A stretch of DNA of 64,000 bases, from the NCBI GenBank assembly GCA_016188605.1, contig JACPHP010000015.1, positions 18,833 through 82,832 on the forward strand. Direction: 5' to 3'. The notes beneath the pieces are model-generated. The model did no database searches. It was given only the letters and a program-made list of their open reading frames with translations, and had not been told where the DNA came from. How positions within the stretch are numbered: the stretch's first letter is position 1; each line of letters opens with the position of its first letter. The stretch is from Candidatus Spechtbacteria bacterium. Lineage in GTDB: Bacteria > Patescibacteriota > Minisyncoccia > Spechtbacterales > JACPHP01. A program made the translations under genes and the position numbers. Below, in pieces: positions 60,361-64,000 of this stretch.

Positions 60361-60583
60361 TCAGTACCTCCTTTAGAAAACAGTCCTCCGACAATCCAAT
60401 CTCTCTTGCTAGAATACGGCCAACTTCTTGGCGACGCTGTTCAGGCCATTTTGGCGTTGCGTCAAAGGAAAGTTGCGCGGCCATTTTTGCCAATGCCACG
60501 TGCTCCGGATTAGCGCAGACAGTAAAATTGCTTTCGACCGTAGAATCTTCACCGCAATAACGACATGCCAGATACATGCTCAT
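60353..60583 (-). CDS. Small hypothetical protein (CxxC...C....H)
   Basis: SD AAAGGAGG before ATG 60583. Confidence 0.55.
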   Translation of the reverse strand: MSMYLACRYCGEDSTVESNFTVCANPEHVALAKMAAQLSFDATPKWPEQRRQEVGRILAREIGLSEDCFLKEVLNV

Positions 60584-60627
60584 TGCACATCCTCCTTTTT
60601 CTTCCTTCTTCAACCTGTCCCTACATT

Positions 60628-61647
60628 TTAGAATAGAAGATATGGCCGCACAATATCCATATTATTCTGTGCCCACCACACTCCTCCACCGACACACAGC
60701 GCGACAAGAAGACCAATGAATGCATACCCGATTGCGCTATCAACCGGGATTTCAAATGGCTTCTCGATAAGATATAGCACGAAGAATGTACCACCAATCC
60801 CGAGCAGCTGCGGCACTCCGAATACAGAACCAACCGCTATCGCCGCAAAGCCCAATAAAATAGTCGTCACCTGCATAATGGGATACGTCCTTGCGTTACC
60901 ATACCACCTGCTTGAAGCAATCAGAAGCCCCAAGTATCCAACAAAGCTACCCATCCAAAGTGCTCCCTGTTCAAAAACTTGCATGTAAGGAATAGTCGTC
61001 CTTAGCACATGGAGCCCCACGAATACGCCTAGCACCATGAATGCGGCAGTAGTCGCCTTTGCAACAGCATCCTCATCTTCAAAGCCAAGTGCATACATGC
61101 CCGGCGCTATTAAAACAGAGAAGCCGAGCATTCCCATAAAAGCCGCGACGGCAATAAAGCCTACCACCTCGTTCTGATAATACAGCGCAACTGCGCTCCA
61201 TACAAGAAAAAGGATTCCGAAAAACCGATCTGGCTTGTTGAATTGCACCGGATGAAGAGCCGCCGTTATGGTAAGCGCCACTCCGAAAAGAAGAGAACCG
61301 CCCAAGACCGGCCAGAGCTGATTTATTGCAGAGACCCAGTGTCCAGAGACAACGAGTCCAATGCTTGCGATGTAGAGCAGAACCTCGTATACCTCTTCGG
61401 GCACGTGCAAAAATATCTCAATAAGCCATCTGAACCATCGCGAGATCAAGTATCCAAAACAAATAACGGCGAGGGCAATTGCGAAAACCTGAAGGATATT
61501 CATCCATGTAACAAATCCCGCTGCTATCTGAAGCCCCGTGAGCTCTACGCAATCAGTACTTGGACCGCCTGCCAATACAGCCGTTGCGGGATAGAATGCT
61601 GATAGCCCCACCGCGCTAAGCAAAGTAAGAAGCAAAGAACGAAGCAC
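60628..61647 (-). CDS. Polytopic membrane protein of unknown function
   Basis: ~10 hydrophobic segments, signal-like N-terminus, SD AAGGAGG. Confidence 0.75.
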   Translation of the reverse strand: MLRSLLLTLLSAVGLSAFYPATAVLAGGPSTDCVELTGLQIAAGFVTWMNILQVFAIALAVICFGYLISRWFRWLIEIFLHVPEEVYEVLLYIASIGLVVSGHWVSAINQLWPVLGGSLLFGVALTITAALHPVQFNKPDRFFGILFLVWSAVALYYQNEVVGFIAVAAFMGMLGFSVLIAPGMYALGFEDEDAVAKATTAAFMVLGVFVGLHVLRTTIPYMQVFEQGALWMGSFVGYLGLLIASSRWYGNARTYPIMQVTTILLGFAAIAVGSVFGVPQLLGIGGTFFVLYLIEKPFEIPVDSAIGYAFIGLLVALCVGGGVWWAQNNMDIVRPYLLF

Positions 61648-61786
61648 GACTGCCCTCCTTATTGTTAAATACCAACGCCTACCTTAAGGCGTCTAGTGAA
61701 CAAAATATACCGTTTACACTAGCTAGTCAAATCAACTGAAATACCTAATAATAATGCGGACGAATTATCGTCCGCATTTTGTGACT

Positions 61787-62104
61787 TTACGCAAACATCA
61801 CTCCGCCCATTCCCCAGAAAACTCCTTTTGAGATTTCTTCTTCTCGGACAAGAACCCAGTCTGCTAAAAGCATTTCGTCTGAAATATCTGGCACATCTCT
61901 ATAAGCCTCAAGGATGATTTTACGTTCATCTTCAGACATGCCCATCAAAGTGAGAGCTTCCTCTGAAAGATGACCCATAGCATTATAGGCATCGCGCTCG
62001 TCTTCAAGAAGAAAACCTCTGGCCTCTTCTTCAGAATCAGCAAAAATTATTTTGCAATCTCCTTGCCGATATTGGCCACGTGTTTCGAACAGATATATTT
62101 TCAC
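61787..62104 (-). CDS. Acidic phage-like hypothetical protein
   Basis: IIFADSEEEAR motif; SD AGGAGG. Confidence 0.6.
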   Translation of the reverse strand: MKIYLFETRGQYRQGDCKIIFADSEEEARGFLLEDERDAYNAMGHLSEEALTLMGMSEDERKIILEAYRDVPDISDEMLLADWVLVREEEISKGVFWGMGGVMFA

Positions 62105-62180
62105 AGCCCACCTCCTGAATAAACATATATCACCTTTTACAGACAGTGTAAATAAAAAGCGCTCGCCGAAACGAGCGCTT

Positions 62181-62576
62181 TTATATTCTTTCTTCCGCGA
62201 AGAATGGAGTTTTGGAAATTGTGTACACCACGCGCTTTATGCCAACGATCTTCAACAACTCCATACAATCTTCGCAGGGCTTGGCTAGGGCAGGCGTGCC
62301 GTTTTTGAATTCGCGCCACACCCAAACCGTAGCTCCCTTCATTACGCTCAAATCAGCCTGCTTTATCGCATGCACCTCCGCGTGACGATACCAAACCGAC
62401 TTACGCCTTCCAGGAACTGAAATCGTTGAGGTCCCCATGCGATTGCAAGCAATACTCAATACGCTATTACCTTTTGTAATGACAGCTCCGACGCGAATAC
62501 GCCGCGGAAATGAATCCGCATTTCGAGCTTCTGCCCGAGCTAGCTGAAGCGGATAAGCCTGAAGCGAAATCTGCAA
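62181..62576 (-). CDS. Zn-dependent cytidine/dCMP-deaminase-fold protein
   Basis: VGAVI, HAE and PCEDC motifs; SD AAGGAGG before TTG. Confidence 0.85.
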   Translation of the reverse strand: MQISLQAYPLQLARAEARNADSFPRRIRVGAVITKGNSVLSIACNRMGTSTISVPGRRKSVWYRHAEVHAIKQADLSVMKGATVWVWREFKNGTPALAKPCEDCMELLKIVGIKRVVYTISKTPFFAEERI

Positions 62577-62588
62577 AGAGCACCTCCT

Positions 62589-62813
62589 TCAGCATAGCGA
62601 GCTGGCATGTTCACGAAAACTCTTCCACTCATCTTCCAGCGTGCCTACGCGATACTCCAACCCGCCAATTCGGCCGTCCACACCATCAAGACGATTATCC
62701 ACACCATCAAAGCGCTCGTTCACTTTTTCAAAATCTTTCTGTATTGAACGCGCAAGAGGTTCCATTGCCTCCAACACGGCATCTTTTATATCTTGTTTAT
62801 TTAGCTCAGCCAT
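62589..62813 (-). CDS. Small coiled-coil protein, possibly C-terminally truncated
   Basis: Heptads FEKVNER-FDGVDNR-LDGVDGR-IGGLEYR. Confidence 0.55.
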   Translation of the reverse strand: MAELNKQDIKDAVLEAMEPLARSIQKDFEKVNERFDGVDNRLDGVDGRIGGLEYRVGTLEDEWKSFREHASSLC

Positions 62814-62853
62814 AGATGCACTATATCACATTACTGGTAAAAAACATACAAGA

Positions 62854-63561
62854 TTACGAGCTTCGCCGGCGCGCTTCGCGCCAGGCGGCAATTTTTTTAT
62901 GGTCGCCGGACAAAAGCACTTTCGGTACGCGGTATTTTTTACCTTTGTATTCTAAAATTTCCGGACGAGTATAGTGAGGATATTCAAGCAATTCTTCCTG
63001 CTTCGCGTCTTTTTCTTTTTTTAATAAATTATTCCAGTGCGATTCTTCTTCCAGCGATTCCAAACGAATAACTCCAGGGACCAAGCGTGCAACTGCCGAA
63101 ACGATTGTCATAATAGCCACGTCGCCATCAGTAAGCACATACGGACCAATTGAAACCTCCTCGGCGCGCAATACTTTTTTCACGCGCTCGTCAATCCCCT
63201 CGTAGCGGCCGCTGACAAAAACTATGCGGTCGTATTTTTTAGCCCAGCTATATGCCGTTTTCTGGTTGAATGGTTTGCCTTTGGCAGACAGCACCACTAC
63301 TTTTGTTTTTTTACTCCGCGCGTCACCTACAATACTATCAAATGCCTTTAGTATCGGGTCTGCCAACATCACCATACCAGCGCCTCCGCCGTACGGCTTG
63401 TCGTCGGCAGTGCGATGTTTATCCACCGCAAAATCGCGTACGTTATACGTCGCTATTTCTATAATTCCTTTTTCCTGAGCGCGCTTCAAAATAGAAGCGT
63501 TGAAATAGCCTCCGAAGATTTCGGGAAATAGGGTTAGGATGTCGAAATGAAGGTGGGGCAT
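62854..63561 (-). CDS. trmD: tRNA (guanine37-N1)-methyltransferase
   Basis: DDKPYGGGAGMV, GRYEGIDER, SIGPYVL, YPHYTRP, VLLSGDH. Confidence 0.96.
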   Translation of the reverse strand: MPHLHFDILTLFPEIFGGYFNASILKRAQEKGIIEIATYNVRDFAVDKHRTADDKPYGGGAGMVMLADPILKAFDSIVGDARSKKTKVVVLSAKGKPFNQKTAYSWAKKYDRIVFVSGRYEGIDERVKKVLRAEEVSIGPYVLTDGDVAIMTIVSAVARLVPGVIRLESLEEESHWNNLLKKEKDAKQEELLEYPHYTRPEILEYKGKKYRVPKVLLSGDHKKIAAWREARRRSS

Positions 63562-63773
63562 GATTACAAAATCTCAAAACTCAAATCGCAAAACTAAAAT
63601 CTAAATCGTAAATCTCAAATCTTCGCCGTAGTTTTAAGATTTGAGATTCAGTTTTGCGTTTTGCGATTTGATTTTTGAGATAATAATCTTTATAACACAA
63701 ACGGCACTACAATTGTAGCACCGTTTGTGTTGATTCCGAAAGCCTTCAATTCGATTCAGGCCGAAGAATCTGA

Positions 63774-64000
63774 TTATATATTGAGATCTCCCATCGCATC
63801 ATCAACATTCGGTGCTGATTCGCGACGGCGAGCCGCTACGTGGGTTGAGCCTTCTGGCTCTTCAATCTTCAAGTTCACACGTGCATTGTTCTTGATGCCG
63901 ACAATTCGCAAAAGATTGCGGATTGAGCGGGCCGTCGAACCCTGCTGGCCAATCACTTGACCCATATCTTGAGGATGTACGTGGAGTGTCAAAAGAACAC
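63774..64000 (-). CDS. khpA: KH-domain RNA-binding protein (5' end outside window)
   Basis: DMGQVIGQQGSTARSIRNLL; located upstream of trmD. Confidence 0.85.
   Translation of the reverse strand, partial: VLLTLHVHPQDMGQVIGQQGSTARSIRNLLRIVGIKNNARVNLKIEEPEGSTHVAARRRESAPNVDDAMGDLNI

Overview
This window looks like a Patescibacteria (CPR, Parcubacteria-like) chromosome segment. That assignment is inferred from the compact housekeeping genes, the intron- and IVS-laden rRNAs and the typical gene set. Left half: a cobalamin riboswitch upstream of a secreted prenyltransferase-repeat protein, NRAMP, secG, an OppA-like protein, PGI/PMI, tRNA-Leu, rnj, trpS, PMM/PGM, rpsF-ssb-rpsR, a type II R-M pair directly behind recA, ftsK, a HicAB-like pair, rpoBC and rodA. 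Right half: a minus-strand rRNA locus broken into separately promoted pieces. The 16S has one group II intron with a LAGLIDADG ORF, one group I intron, two IVSs and no CCUCC anti-SD tail. The ~10.5 kb 16S-23S spacer holds tRNA-Ile, tRNA-Ala and seven protein genes. The 23S has five group I introns, one inside the sarcin-ricin loop, and five IVSs, followed by 5S. The spacer contains a foreign-looking module: pseudokinase, vWA protein, divergent adenylosuccinate synthetase and SAM-like protein, convergent with a large nucleotidyltransferase. This is the best candidate for an undescribed system. Several families of non-coding palindromic repeats fill the intergenic gaps, and the same elements recur inside rRNA helices, including an identical 124-bp copy at two different 23S sites. 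All family assignments are from motif recognition by eye; no database searches were run.
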